From Octopus sinensis (lineage: Eukaryota): a stretch of 64,000 nt of DNA. Shown in pieces: positions 1 to 11,622 of the stretch (position 1 is its first letter; every line of letters starts with the position of its first letter). The stretch lies in NCBI RefSeq assembly GCF_006345805.1, contig NC_043014.1, positions 14,198,001 through 14,262,000 on the forward strand, written 5' to 3'. Under the pieces are notes generated by a model that did not search any database, was not told the origin of the DNA, and saw only the letters and a program-made list of their open reading frames with translations. The translations under genes and the position numbers were made by a program.

Positions 1-129
1 AGCCTTTCACAAATAATATGCCTTGCAGTAATTATTCCATTCTTTGAGTTTTGAGTTCAAATCTTGCCAAACTCAACTTTGCTTTTCATCAATTGAGGGA
101 TCAATAAAATTCCAAGGCATCTCATCTGA

Positions 130-520
130 TCATCATCATCATCGTTTAACATCCGCTTTCCATGCTAGCATGGGTTGGACGGTTCAACTGGGGTCTGGAA
201 AACCAGAAGGCTGCACCAGGCCCAGTCTGATCTGGCAGTGTTTCTACAGCTGGATGTCCTTCCTAATGCCAACCACTCCGTGAGTGTAGTGGGTACTTTT
301 TACGTGCCACCTGCACAGGTGCCAGATGAGGCTGGCAAACGGCCATGATCAGATGGTGCTTTTTACGGAGGCCAGTCAGGGCGGTGCTGGCAATGGCCAC
401 GTTTGGATGGTTCTCTTACGTGCCACCGGCACTGGTATCACAGCTACAATTTCCATTGATGTTGATCGATTTTGATTTTGATTTTCACTTGCCTCAACAG
501 GTCTTCACAAGTAGGGTTTG
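130..520 (-). mobile_element. RTE 3'-tail fragment (truncated LINE or RTE-tailed SINE)
   Basis: catcatcatcgtttaacatccgctttccatgctagcatggg... is homologous to 11623-12020. Confidence 0.75.
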
Positions 521-698
521 TGTCACAAGAAGTCTATTAATTCTGGTGATCTGTCTCTCTTGAATCATTACTTTATTCATCAACTCCCCCACAAAAGATA
601 GAATAATATAATGTCATAAACAGTTGCTATAAAAACCCAGTCGCCATATATTTAAAATATTAAAAAAAATGTTTATACTTGTTTTTATATTCCACCAG

Positions 699-783
699 TT
701 GCTCTTTGATTTCCTGGCCTTTAAGAATGATATCAATTTCTGGAGAGGCAAAAAATCCATGGAAGGTCTTTCATCAAGAGGTG
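699..783 (+). CDS. CLPTM1L: CLPTM1L coding exon (first in window; gene 5' part lies upstream): LLFDFLAFKNDINFWRGKKSMEGLSSRG
   Basis: ccag acceptor at 696-698, gtgagt donor at 784. The peptide matches the CLPTM1-family motif LLFDFLAFKNDI.FW. Phase 1 joins the 4960 exon. Confidence 0.93.
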
Positions 784-1834
784 GTGAGTATGAATATAGA
801 TTTAAAAAAAAAATCATCTTTTGATGTTCTAACTCTTATATTCAGTAGTTAATCTGGTAGATCTTAAAAAGGGTACCTAATTTATTACTGTATTTGATGG
901 TATATAAGACACACTTTTTTTACTCCAAAATGTCTAAAATATCACCCCAGGTCCAATATGCAAGATTGCTTAAACTCTTTAACATTTTGATTACTCTGTC
1001 AAATGTAATGCTTAATTATTCACGTTATTTTTAATTAATCCTGCATTATCTCATAGCTTTGAGATTTTGAAGATGTGGTTGCATATTTTTAGAATGATGT
1101 TATAGGGTAGGTGAGAGAGGCCAGACCTAGCTGGTTTGAACATAAAGCAGGTAAAATATTTCAGCAAGGTATGCCAGTACCCACTGACTGGCCCCCGTGC
1201 TGGTGGCATGTAAAAGCACCCACTACACTCTTGGAGTGGTTGGTGTTAGGAAGGGCATCCAGCTGTAGAAACTCTGCCAGATCAGATTGGAGTCTGGTGC
1301 AGCCATCTGGTTCGCCAGACCTCAGTCAAATCGTCCAACCCATGCTAGCATGGAAAGCGGACGTTGAACGACGGTGGTGGCGGTGGTGGTGATGATGATG
1401 ATGAGGATGATGATGGCTAAAGGGTTGAATATTACATGCTTTAATGCACTGAACATTTTTTTCCTGAATATGCAGTACTGAAAATGGACTGTGTCCAATA
1501 TGCCCTTGCATTTTTTATGCCATCCCAAATACAGTATGCTCTTTGTCTTGACATATATGCTAAAGAGCATAATCAATGCAATTGAAATGAAACAGTTTAC
1601 TAAAACCAATATAAGCTATGGGTGGACTGTATTGCTGGTTATTCGTTTGTTGTGCTCCATTAGTCCTTTAGCATATCTGGCCCAAATATTCTGTTTCATG
1701 TTCAAACTGACAAAATCTAGCCTATCACACCTACCCTACAATGTCATTCTAAAAAATAAAGTCATAGCATGGAAATCGCAAAGCTACAAGATAAATACAT
1801 GATTAATTCAAAACAATGTATTATATTTGAGAGT

Positions 1835-2156
1835 TGTGGAGGCGCAATGTCCCAGTGGTTAGGGCAGTAAACTCGCGGTCGGAGGATGGCGGTTTCGATT
1901 CCCAGACTGGGCGTTGTGTGTTTATTGAACGGAAACACCTAAAGCTCCACAAGGCTCCGGCAGGGGGTGGTAGCGACCCCTGTTGTACTCTTTTGCCCAA
2001 CTTTCTCTCACTCTTTCTTCCTATTTCTTGGGTAACGCTGCGATGGACTGGCGTCCCGTCCAGCTGAGGAGGGGGGAACACATATGCCACAGAAACTGGG
2101 AAACTGGGCCCATGAGCCTGGCTAGGCTTGAAAAGGGCGCATAAATAAAAAATAAA
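1835..2156 (+). mobile_element. tRNA-derived SINE family A, nested in a TTAA-type MITE
   Basis: A box (TGTCCCAGTGG) and B box (GTTTCGATTCC); 12-bp TSD atatttgagagt at 1823-1834 and 2157-2168. Confidence 0.85.
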
Positions 2157-2693
2157 ATATTTGAGAGTAATCTGAATGCTAAAGGGTTAAGGAATGAAAT
2201 AGAAATAATTGTGTTGTGAGGAAAAAAAAGAAAACAATATTAGTTATAGTTTAAATACCATTTTAATTTGGGAAGTATGGGAGACAACTCTTACATGTTC
2301 TGGTCTTATTTTGAACTCGTCAATAGAGCAAAGGCTTCATATTAATTAGCAAGAGCTAATCTAGTGATGAAAGCATCACTAAATATAGTTACAAGATTGT
2401 ACAATAGGTTTGGATAGAAAAATAGAAATGTTTTTCTTTTTTAGTGTCGGGCTTCCACTTAACCCTTGAAGACAAAACCAATTCTCCAAGCATCTCAAAT
2501 CTATCATTGCCAGGCATGACTGTATGGTTAAGAAGCTTATTTTACAACCATATGGTTCAGGTTCAGTCCCATTGCACGGTACCTTTGGCAAGTGTCTTCT
2601 ACTATAGCTCCAGGCCAACCAAGGTGGATGAGAACTGAACTGTGTGGTAGCCTGTTGTGTGTGCGAATATATATATATATATATACACACACA

Positions 2694-2845
2694 GTTGAGC
2701 TTCATCTGGAGAAGGAGTATTACTGAAGCTATTTTCATAGCAACTGCAAGAGAAATACTCAGCTAAGAAAAAACCATTATACTTAGCATTCGTTGATATA
2801 GAGAAAGCCTTTGATAGAGTACCCTGCTGTGTGATATGAGTCTTG
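2694..2845 (+). mobile_element. Degenerate RTE RT fragment
   Basis: Encodes a ...QEKY.AK.KPLYLAFVD.EKAFDRVP-like segment with indels. Confidence 0.65.
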
Positions 2846-3149
2846 GGCCGGTGCCACTTAAAAAGCACTTAGGGCAGTGTCATGTACAAGCGCCTCTGTG
2901 ATGCCATGTAAAAGCACTTGTGCAGCACTCTGTAAAAGCACTTGTACTGTGCCATGTAAAAGCGCCCATATGGTACCACATAAAAGCACCCAGCACTTTC
3001 TGTAAAGTGGTTGGCGTTAGGAAGGTCATCCAGCCATAGAAACCATGCCAAATCAGACTGGAACCTGGTACAGCTCTCTGGCTTGCCAGCTCTGGTCAAA
3101 CCATTCAACCCATGCTAGCATGGACAACGGACATTAAATGATGATGATG

Positions 3150-4420
3150 ATATGTGTGTGTGGCTAGAGTAAGAATAGCCTGGGCAAAGTTTAGGGAGCT
3201 CTTACCTCTGTTGGTGACTAAAGGCCTCTCGCTCAGAGTAAAAGGCAGACTGTATGATGCATGTGTACGAACAGCCATGCTACATGGCAGTGAAACATGG
3301 GCTGTGACTGCTGAGGACATGCGTAAGCTCGCGAGAAATGAAGCTAATATGCTCCGTTGGATGTGTAATGTCAGTGTTCATAGTCGACAGAGAGAAAAGT
3401 TGGACCTAAGAGGCATCAGATGTTGTGTGCAAGAGAGACGATTGCGCTGGTATGGTCATGTGGCGAGAATGGATGAAGATAGGTGTGTGAAAAAGTGCCA
3501 CGCCCTGGCAGTTGAGGGGACCTGTGGAAGAGGTAGACCCAGGAAAACCTGGGTCGAGGTGGTGAAGCACGACCTTCGAACTCTAGGTCTCACCAAGGAA
3601 ATGACCAGAGACCGAGACCTATGGAAGTATGCTGTGTGTCAGAAGACCCGGCAAGACCAGTGAGAACAATCAAAATCAAATCATATATCAGAAAGCAGGG
3701 GTTAAGTGACCCATCCATTCGTGTCCGCTGTCAGCCTCGTCTGGCACCCGTGCCGGTGATACGTAAAGCACCATTCACTCGTGGCCGTTTGCCAGCTCTG
3801 CCTGGCCCCCGTGTCGGTGGCACGTAAAAGCACCATCCGTTCGTGTTCGTTGCAAGCCTCGCCTGGCCCCATGCCGGTGACACGTAAAAGCACCGTCCGT
3901 TCGTGGCCGTTTGCCAGCTGTCTGGCCTCGTGTCGGTGGCACATAAAAGCACCATCCGTTCGCGTCCGTTGCCAGCCTCGGCTGGCCCCCGTGCCGGTGA
4001 CACGTAAAAGCACCGTCCGTTCGTGGCCGTTTGCCAGCTCTGTCTGGCCCCGTGTCGGTGGCACGTAAAAGCACCATCCGTTCGTGTCCGTTGTCAGCCT
4101 CGGCTGGCCCCCGTGCCGGTGACACGTAAAAGCACCGTCCGTTCGTGGCCGTTTGCCAGCTCTGTCTGGCCCCGTGCCGGTGACACGTAAAAGCACCATC
4201 CGTTCGTGGCCGTTCGCCAGCTCTGTCTGGCACCTGTGCAGGTGGCACGTAAAAAACACCCACTACACTCGCGGAGTGGTTGGCATTAGGAAGGGCATCC
4301 AGCCGTAGAAACACTGCCAGATTTGACTGGGCCTGACGAAGCCTTCCAGCTTCACAGACCCCAGTTGACCCGTCCAACCCATGCTAGCATGGAAAGCGGA
4401 CGCTAAATGATGATGATGAT
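3150..4420 (+). mobile_element. 5'-truncated RTE-clade LINE (ORF C-terminus, 3'UTR, (GAT)n tail)
   Basis: ORF 3154-3663 has the RTE C-terminal motifs LYDACVRTAMLHGSETW, RRLRWYGHVARM and GRGRPRKTW. It ends in ...GCATGGAAAGCGGACGCTAAATGATGATG. Confidence 0.9.
3700..4260 (+). repeat. ~61-bp tandem repeat (about 9 units, alternating two subtypes) in RTE 3'UTR
   Basis: The core ccggtg(a/g)cacgtaaaagcacc recurs about every 61 bp. Confidence 0.85.
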
Positions 4421-4959
4421 AATGATGATATATATATACACACACACTTTATTTCACGTTGCTCAGTTCACTCAAGCTGTAGAAATGAGTTGTGATGTCA
4501 CAGGTGCCAAGCTGTAATGGCCTTTGCTTTTCCTTTGAATAACATCAGTGGCGTGGTGAGAGGAGGCTGGTATGCATGGGCAACTGCTGGTCTTCCATAA
4601 ACAACCTTGCCTGGACTTGTACCTCGGAGGGTAACTTTCTAGGTGCAATCCCATGGTCATTCATGACTGAAGGGGGTTTCCCCATATAAAATAAGTACTG
4701 GGGCCAATCTGTTCGTCTAAAACCCTTCAAGGTGGTGCTTTATAATGGCTGCAGTCCAATGACTGAAACACAGTATAAGTTAAAAGAAAGATAATACCTT
4801 GGTGATTCTCAAATGTTTTAACCTGTTGAAACATAATCTGCAATTCAAATAAGCAAATTTGAGGAATCTTAGGTGAACAGTTCTTCCAGCGAGTCATGGT
4901 TTTGATGTCTGATGTGAACATTTGTCATGGATTTTCTATTTCTCTCTTGACCATTGCAG

Positions 4960-5063
4960 TTGTGTGGAGATGTGTCTCAACAATGATCATCTTCCTGTTT
5001 CTGTTGGACCAAGAATCAAGTTTACTTGTACTTATTCCGGCTGGGATTGGAGCTTTCATTGAG
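4960..5063 (+). CDS. CLPTM1L: CLPTM1L exon: (V)VWRCVSTMIIFLFLLDQESSLLVLIPAGIGAFIE
   Basis: tgcag/gtaagt boundaries. WRC.ST..IFLFLLD..SLLVL.PAG.G..IE is the CLPTM1L-type (not CLPTM1-type) segment. Confidence 0.95.
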
Positions 5064-6138
5064 GTAAGTTTCCAGCTCTGGTCAAATGAAATTATATTTA
5101 ATGTTTACATGTTTTTACTTCTTTATGTTTTTTTTTTTGTTTTAAGTATAGTTGCAGGCATGGTTGTGTGGTAAGAAGATTACTTCCCAACCTCATGTTT
5201 CCGGGTTCAGTGCTCCACTGTGTGGCATCTTAGGCAAGTGCCTTTTACTACAGTCCCAGGCTGACCAAAGCTTTGTGGGTGAATTAGGTAGACAGAAACT
5301 CAAAGAAGTTTAAAGGCGGCGAGATGGCAGAAATGCTTAGCAGCATTTTGTCTGCTGTTACGTTCTGAGTTCAAATTCCGCCAAAGTCAACTTAGCCTTT
5401 CATCCTTTCGGAGTTGATTAAATAAGTACCAGTTGTGCACTGGGGTCGATATAATTGACTTAATCCATTTGTCTGTCCTTGTTTGTCCCATCTGTGTGTA
5501 GCCCATTGTGGGCAGTAAAGAAATAAGAAACTGAAAGAAGTCTGTTTTATACACACACACATACACAGACACACAGATGAGAAAGGACAGATATCTGGTG
5601 CTTTGCTGCATTCAAGAAGACCCGCCCATCACAGCAGAATCGATACTGATGCTGGTGCCCTGTAAAAAGCACTCAGTACACCCTGTAAAGTGGTTGGCAT
5701 TAGGAGGGACATCCAGCCATAGAAACCATGCCAAAGCTGCAAACATTGGAGCTTGGCACTATCTGATGCACTATCCAATCCATACCAGCAGAGAAAAGGG
5801 ACATTAAATAGTGGTGGCAGCAGCGGCGGTGTCGATGATGATGATGATAGTCTTCCCTACAGTTTCCCTCCACCAGTTTCATTGACAAAGCATTGGTCGA
5901 CTTCAGGGCGTTTGCTCAAGGTGTCACATAGTGGGACTGATCTTAAACCACCACATGGTTATGAAGCAGACTTCTTAATTACACAGCTTTGCCTTAATGA
6001 TTGTTAACTGGAAAAAAAAAATGAAAGCATTAAAATATTCATTCTTTTAAGTGCATTTAACTAATATTTGAAAACTGATAGATTGTTGAGAAATAAATGC
6101 CAAATGATCCTCTGATAAAAATGATTTTTCTTTTGCAG

Positions 6139-6204
6139 GTGTGGAAAGTTAAAAAAGCATTCAAATTGAATATAACATGGTCTGGTTGGAAACCTTTCTT
6201 TGAA
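6139..6204 (+). CDS. CLPTM1L: CLPTM1L exon: VWKVKKAFKLNITWSGWKPFFE
   Basis: ttgcag/gtaagt boundaries, phase 0/0, WKVKKA motif. Confidence 0.93.
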
Positions 6205-6338
6205 GTAAGTAAAACCAGTAAGGAAGAAGTTGTGTGTTTGTCCAAAGAAATAGGTGACGATTTTTGTTGGTAGAAATTATTCATGAGTTTAGATTGATTT
6301 TTTCCCCTCTCAGATGCCAACAGATCAGTCCTCAAACA

Positions 6339-6794
6339 AGGTGGCGAGCTGGCAGAAATGTTAGCGCGCTGGGTGAAATGCTTATCGGCATTTCGTCTGC
6401 CGCTACGTTCTGAGTTCTAATTCTGCTGAGGTCGACTTTGCCTTTCATCCTTTCGGGGTCGATAAATTAAGTTCCAGTTACGTACTGGGGTTGATGAAGT
6501 TGACTTAATCCCTTTGTCTGTCCTTGTTTGTCCTCTCTGTGTTTAGCCCCTTGTGGGTAGTAAAGAAATAAGAAACGTTAGCGCACTGGGCAAAATGCTT
6601 ATCGGCATTTCATTTGCTGTTATGTTCTGAGTTCAAATTCCGCTGAGGTTGACTTTGCTTTTCATCCTTTCGGGGTCGATAAATTAAGTACCATTTGCGC
6701 ACTGGGGTCAATGTAATCAACTTTATCCCTTTGTCTGTCCTTGTTTGTTCCCTCTATGTTTAGCCCCTTGTGGGCAATAAAGAAATAAGAAATA
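6339..6794 (+). mobile_element. SINE family C (Nin/Deu-like core) dimer
   Basis: Two head-to-tail units with the core CTTTCATCCTTTCGGGGTCGATAAATTAAGTACC and a single 17-bp TSD agatcagtcctcaaaca at 6322-6338 and 6795-6811. Confidence 0.85.
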
Positions 6795-6937
6795 AGATCA
6801 GTCCTCAAACATCAGATTCCCCTTCTCCCCATAACATAAAAGCCACACTGTGTATATTTCTATGTATACATTTATAACAACACACACACACACACATTCT
6901 CTCTCTCTCTCTCTCTGTCTGTCTGTCTGTCTGTGTG

Positions 6938-6972
<35 letters not shown>

Positions 6973-7228
6973 ACACAGAACAAGCTATTTCTTTTAAGCT
7001 GTATTTATTTTCCAAACAACATACCATTGTGAAAAGTTTTCCCTCTTTACCAGCTGTTGAAAGTTTGATTTAAAAAGAAAACAACCAAAATATTTTTATA
7101 ATGATTTGAAACCAAAGTACTGTTGTCTTAACCCTTTAGAATTTGTAACATAAAGGTGTTAGAAAAGTTGAGGCATTCATATAAGGAAAAAAAAACAATG
7201 GGAAAGAAAACAAGATTGTGTGATTCAG

Positions 7229-7445
7229 TGATGGTAGTGGCGGTGGTAGCAATGGTGATGGTGGTGGTGGCAGTGGTAGTAGTGGTGGTGGTGGTAATGG
7301 TGGTGATGGTGGTTATTGTTGTGGTGGTGGTGGTGATGGTGATGGTGGATGTGTCTGGTGGTGGTGGTGGTGGCAGTGGTTGTGGTGGTGGTGTCTGGTG
7401 GTGGTGGTGGCAGTAGGGGTAGTGGTCATGATGGTTGTATTGGTG
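7229..7445. repeat. (GGT)n-rich microsatellite
   Basis: Degenerate GGT/GAT/AGT triplet run. Confidence 0.9.
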
Positions 7446-8555
7446 GGCTTTCCTACTATTATGAGGAACGTGACATGTCATCGAGGTCAGACATCAGTGG
7501 ATTTGAATGCTAAATTTTCTTTGCTCTTTTTATGAATTAGACACACATCACTCAGTGCTCACAGCACAAGCAAATATTGTTTTAGCTTCTGCTTTTTGAA
7601 GTTTCTCTATGGAATACCTGTACCTGCTGGAAAATAATGGAATGCTAGGAGAACAGTATTGCTCAAATGTCGTTTCAACTAATTATAGGTGCATGTGTGG
7701 CTATGTAGTTAGAGGTTTGCTTCTCAACTGCACAGTTTCAGGTTCATTCTTATTTCTTAATTGCCCACAAGGGGCTAAACATAGAGGGGACAAACAAGGA
7801 CAGACAAAGGGATTAAGTCGATTACATTGACCCCAGTGTGTAACTGGTACTTAATTTATTGACCCCAAAAGAATGAAAGGCAAAGTTGACCTCGGTGGAA
7901 TTTGAACTCAGAACGTAACGGCAGATGAAATAACGCTAAGCATTTTGCCTGGCGTGCTAACGTTTCTTATTACTGTATTGCCCAGAAAGGGCTAAACATA
8001 GAGGGGACAAACAAGGACAGACAAAGGGATCAAGTCTATTACATTGACCCCAGTGCGTAACTGGTACTTAATTTATCGACCCCGAAAGGATGAAAGGCAA
8101 AGTGGACCTCGACGGAATTTGAACTCAGAACGTAACAGCAGTTGAAATACCGCTAAGCATTTCGCCCAGCGTGCTAAAGTTTTTGCCAGCTCGCCGCCTT
8201 TCAGGTTCATTCTTGCTGCATGGAACCTTGCACAAGTGTCTTTTACTATATCCCTGGGTTGACCAAAGCCATGCAAGTAGATTTTATATATGTGTGTGTG
8301 TGTGTGTGTGTGTATGTGAATATTGATAATAATGAGAATTCTTTCTACTGTAGATAAAAGTCCTGGCATTTGGATGATGGGGTTAGTTGATTATATTGAC
8401 CTCATTACTCAAATGGTACTTATTTTGTTGACCCTGAAGGGATGAAAGGCAAAGTTGACCTCAGCAGAATTTGAACCCAGAATATAAAAAACCAGAAGAA
8501 ATGCTGCTAAGCATTTCATCCCGCATACTAAAGATTATATCAGCTTGCCATCTTA

Positions 8556-8592
<37 letters not shown>

Positions 8593-8839
8593 TCTTCCCT
8601 TTATTAACCACTGAGGGTTCATATAAAGTGATTGGGGACAGTACAAGTCAATACAATAGAAACAGAGTGAGATTGAAATGTGTAATAAAGAATAACGATG
8701 AAAATTCTAAGAATTAAAATCCCCAACTTCCAAGGGCTGCTCATGGAAACCCCACAAAAAGCCACAAATTCCCTGACCTCTAGGGCAAGTGCCCTCTCCT
8801 CTTTATCGACCCTCGATCTAGAGGTGCAAATAATAATAT

Positions 8840-9750
8840 CCAGCACTCTAAAATGAAAGAGAAAATCTGCAAGGAATGCTATTGAAGGGTAAGAATGGTC
8901 CTAAACTCAGAATTAAATGCTGCTAATAGAATTAATGCAATCAATTCTTTGGCCATACCAGTAACCACCTATAGCTTTGGTATCATTAAATGGAGTCTCA
9001 CTGACATGCAGAATATGGATGGAAAGATCCATAAAATCTTTACAAGGTACCGAATGCACCATCTAAAATCAGATGTAGACAGGATTTATCTCCCAAGAAA
9101 AATAGGTGGAAGAGGTCTGATACAGCTCAAACAGTCTTTCAAATCAGCAATAATAGGCCTTTAAACATACAAGTGATATGCTCTTATGAACGGGACTGAA
9201 GCATGAAGATTCCAAGCAAGCTTCAGTCATGAAGCTTAGTCAGAAATTTAAAAAGTCTCTTGGCCTATAAGTTAACAATAAGAAAGACTAAAGACATCCA
9301 AATACTGACAGAACTACCATTGCTTCTCCTGATTTAGAAATTAACAATCAGAAAGACCAAAGAAATCCAAATAGTGACAAACCTATCACTGATGCAAAAA
9401 TCATCAAATAAAAAGCAAAGAAGTCTTGCATGAATAATATTGGAGACAACTGGAAAGGTAAACCCCTGCATGGAAAATACCCTAACTGCCTGTCCAAGCC
9501 AGATATTGATCAAAAGCTAATGCACCAATGGCTACAAGGGACAGGTCTGAAAGCGGAAACAGAAGGTTTTGTTATTGCAGCGCAACATCAGAGCTTACCT
9601 GCCAGAAACTACCATGCAAACATCCTTAAAGATAGATCTGACCCCTTGTGCAGAATTTGCTAAAAATTCACAGAGACAATTGATCATGTTGTTTCTGGCT
9701 GTCCAGACCTCAATGAAAAGGAGTACTTCATAAGACCTGAGAGACTAGGG
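8840..9750 (+). mobile_element. Decayed R4/Dong-clade non-LTR retrotransposon fragment
   Basis: Translates to AINSLAIPV.TYSFGII.W, RIYLPRK.GGRGL, LHGKY, AETEGF.IAAQ.QSL and a CCHC knuckle (CRIC...ETIDHVVSGC). Confidence 0.85.
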
Positions 9751-10009
9751 CAGTACTCCTTTCTACTAAAGGTACAAGGCCTGAAATTTGGTGGGAAAGG
9801 GGTCCAGTTAATTACATCAACTGATACTTGCATTTTTTTTATCTTGAAAAGTGAAGTTGACCTTGGCAGAATTTGAACTCAATGTAAAAAGCCAAAAATA
9901 AATGCTGAAAAGTGTTTTCTCTGGGAAAAAAAAAAATGATGATGATGATGATGATGACTTTGTTAATTCTAATGTTCATTTCTGTTTCTTTTTTTCTTTT
10001 TCTTCTTAG

Positions 10010-10060
10010 TTTGGAAAAGTATCAGATAAAGAAAAACAAACTAATGAATTTGATTCTGAG
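10010..10060 (+). CDS. CLPTM1L: CLPTM1L exon: FGKVSDKEKQTNEFDSE
   Basis: Long polypyrimidine tract plus ag, gtgagt donor, 51 nt in frame. Matches the FG..S..E..T.E.D.. segment. Confidence 0.9.
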
Positions 10061-10194
10061 GTGAGTCTCATTTAGAATATTTTGTATTATGTGAATTAAG
10101 GACAGGTGTCTATCTGCATCTGGTTAGTCGGCCCTGTGGTCATAAAAGCAAAAGGAAGAAGACGTAGATAATGTAGTTTTAGATACACTCTCTC

Positions 10195-10425
10195 TCTTTA
10201 CTCATTTACTTGTTTCAGTCATTTGACTGGCCATGCTGGAGCACTGCCTTTACTCGTATGCCTAGTACTTATTTTGTCGGTCTCTTTTGCCGAACCGCTA
10301 AGTTGCGGGAATGTAAACACACCACCATTTGTTGTCAAGCGATGTTGGTGGGGGGACAGACACAGATACACAAACATATATATACATATATATATATAGA
10401 TATATATATATATATATATATATAT
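10195..10425 (-). mobile_element. SINE family B, 3' half (5' half at 14879-15042); split by the HHR array
   Basis: The two halves together reconstitute the full family-B unit seen intact at 51188-51597, and the break falls in its internal (TA)n. Confidence 0.8.
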
Positions 10426-10713
10426 ATTTCAACAATTGAGGGCAAAATTAATTAATTATTAATCAATTTCACCAAGTGTTCAGTATGCAAAGGGACCATT
10501 CAAGGCGAATTCAAATTATTACATTATATAAAAGGGCTTAGTAAAATAAATTACTTTGCCGCATACTGAACTCATTAGAAATAGCAGCTAAAAAACTTTT
10601 TTAAGCTATTTCTAATACTTAAAGAAAATCTCTCTCATATATAGTGTTTGCTTAATTCAACTCACAAAAGTTTGGGGGTAAGGACATCGAAAAATCAAAT
10701 GCTAAGGTTATTT

Positions 10714-10763
10714 GAGAACGTACGTTTCAAGATTAGTCAAAACAACACTTCTATCATCAGCTC
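10714..10763 (-). ncRNA. Minimal type I hammerhead ribozyme motif (array copy 1)
   Basis: Minus strand reads GAG-CUGAUGA-UAGAAGUGUUGUUUUGACUAAUCUU-GAA-ACGUACGU-U-CUC. Confidence 0.7.
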
Positions 10764-11248
10764 AGAAATTCCTTGGTTGGATTTGGAAACACTGAAAATA
10801 AGAACATACCTTTCGAAGATCTGCTCGTAACTAACAGTGCCCACAAATTCAAATAAGCAAGCGAAGAATCTCTGTTCTCCCCTTTCCACCAGCGTGGGTT
10901 AAAATCATCAAACAATGCTTATTTCGGTAAAATCCGAAGCATTAATCAGAGGGAGATTAATTATAATTTCAACAATGAGGGCAAAATTAATTAATTATTA
11001 ATCAATTTCACCAAGTTTCAGTATGCAAAGGGACCATTCAAGGCGAATTCAAATTTTACATAATAAAAGGGCTTAGTAAAATAAATTACTTTGCCGCATA
11101 CTGAACTCATTAGAAATAGCAGCTAAAAAACTTTTTTAAGCTATTTCTAATACTTAAAGAAAATCTCTCTCTCATATATGTGTTGCTTAATTCAACTCAC
11201 AAAAGTTTGGGGGTAAGGACATTGAAAAATCAAATGCTAAGGTTATTT

Positions 11249-11297
11249 GAGACGTACGTTTCAAGATTAGTCAAAACAACACTTCTATCATCAGCTC
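11249..11297 (-). ncRNA. HHR motif, array copy 2 (lacks the cleavage-site U)
   Basis: Same as copy 1, but the plus strand reads gagacgtacg instead of gagaacgtacg (1-nt deletion: real change or sequence error). Confidence 0.55.
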
Positions 11298-11473
11298 AGA
11301 AATTCCTTGGTTTGGATTTGGAAACACTGAAAATAAGAACATACCCTTTCGAAGATCTGCTCGTAACTAACAGTGCCCACAAATTCAAATAAGCAAGCGA
11401 AGAATCTCTGTTCTCCCCTTCGAAAGGTATGTTCTTATTTTCAGTGTTTCCAAATCCAAACCAAGGAATTTCT

Positions 11474-11523
11474 GAGCTGATGATAGAAGTGTTGTTTTGA
11501 CTAATCTTGAAACGTACGTTCTC
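11474..11523 (+). ncRNA. HHR motif, array copy 3 (predicted cleavage after 11520)
   Basis: GAG CTGATGA ... GAA ACGTACGT T CTC; stem I GAG/CUC, palindromic stem III. Confidence 0.7.
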
Positions 11524-11622
11524 AAATAACCTTAGCATTTGATTTTTCGATGTCCTTACCCCCAAACTTTTGTGAGTTGAATTAAGCAAACACTATTATG
11601 AGAGAGATTTTCTTTAAGTATT

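Larger units (their letters stand above)
10426..11420 (-). repeat. ~537-bp HHR-bearing unit, ~1.8 tandem copies (antisense arm of array)
   Basis: atttcaacaattgagggc... recurs at ~10426 and ~10966, and the sequence is the reverse complement of 13643-14810. Confidence 0.92.

Noticed and set aside
4333-4360. CTGACGA/CTGATGA in RTE 3' tails as HHR core
   Set aside because: The hairpin is followed by TCAC rather than GAAA, and no stem I or III can be formed.
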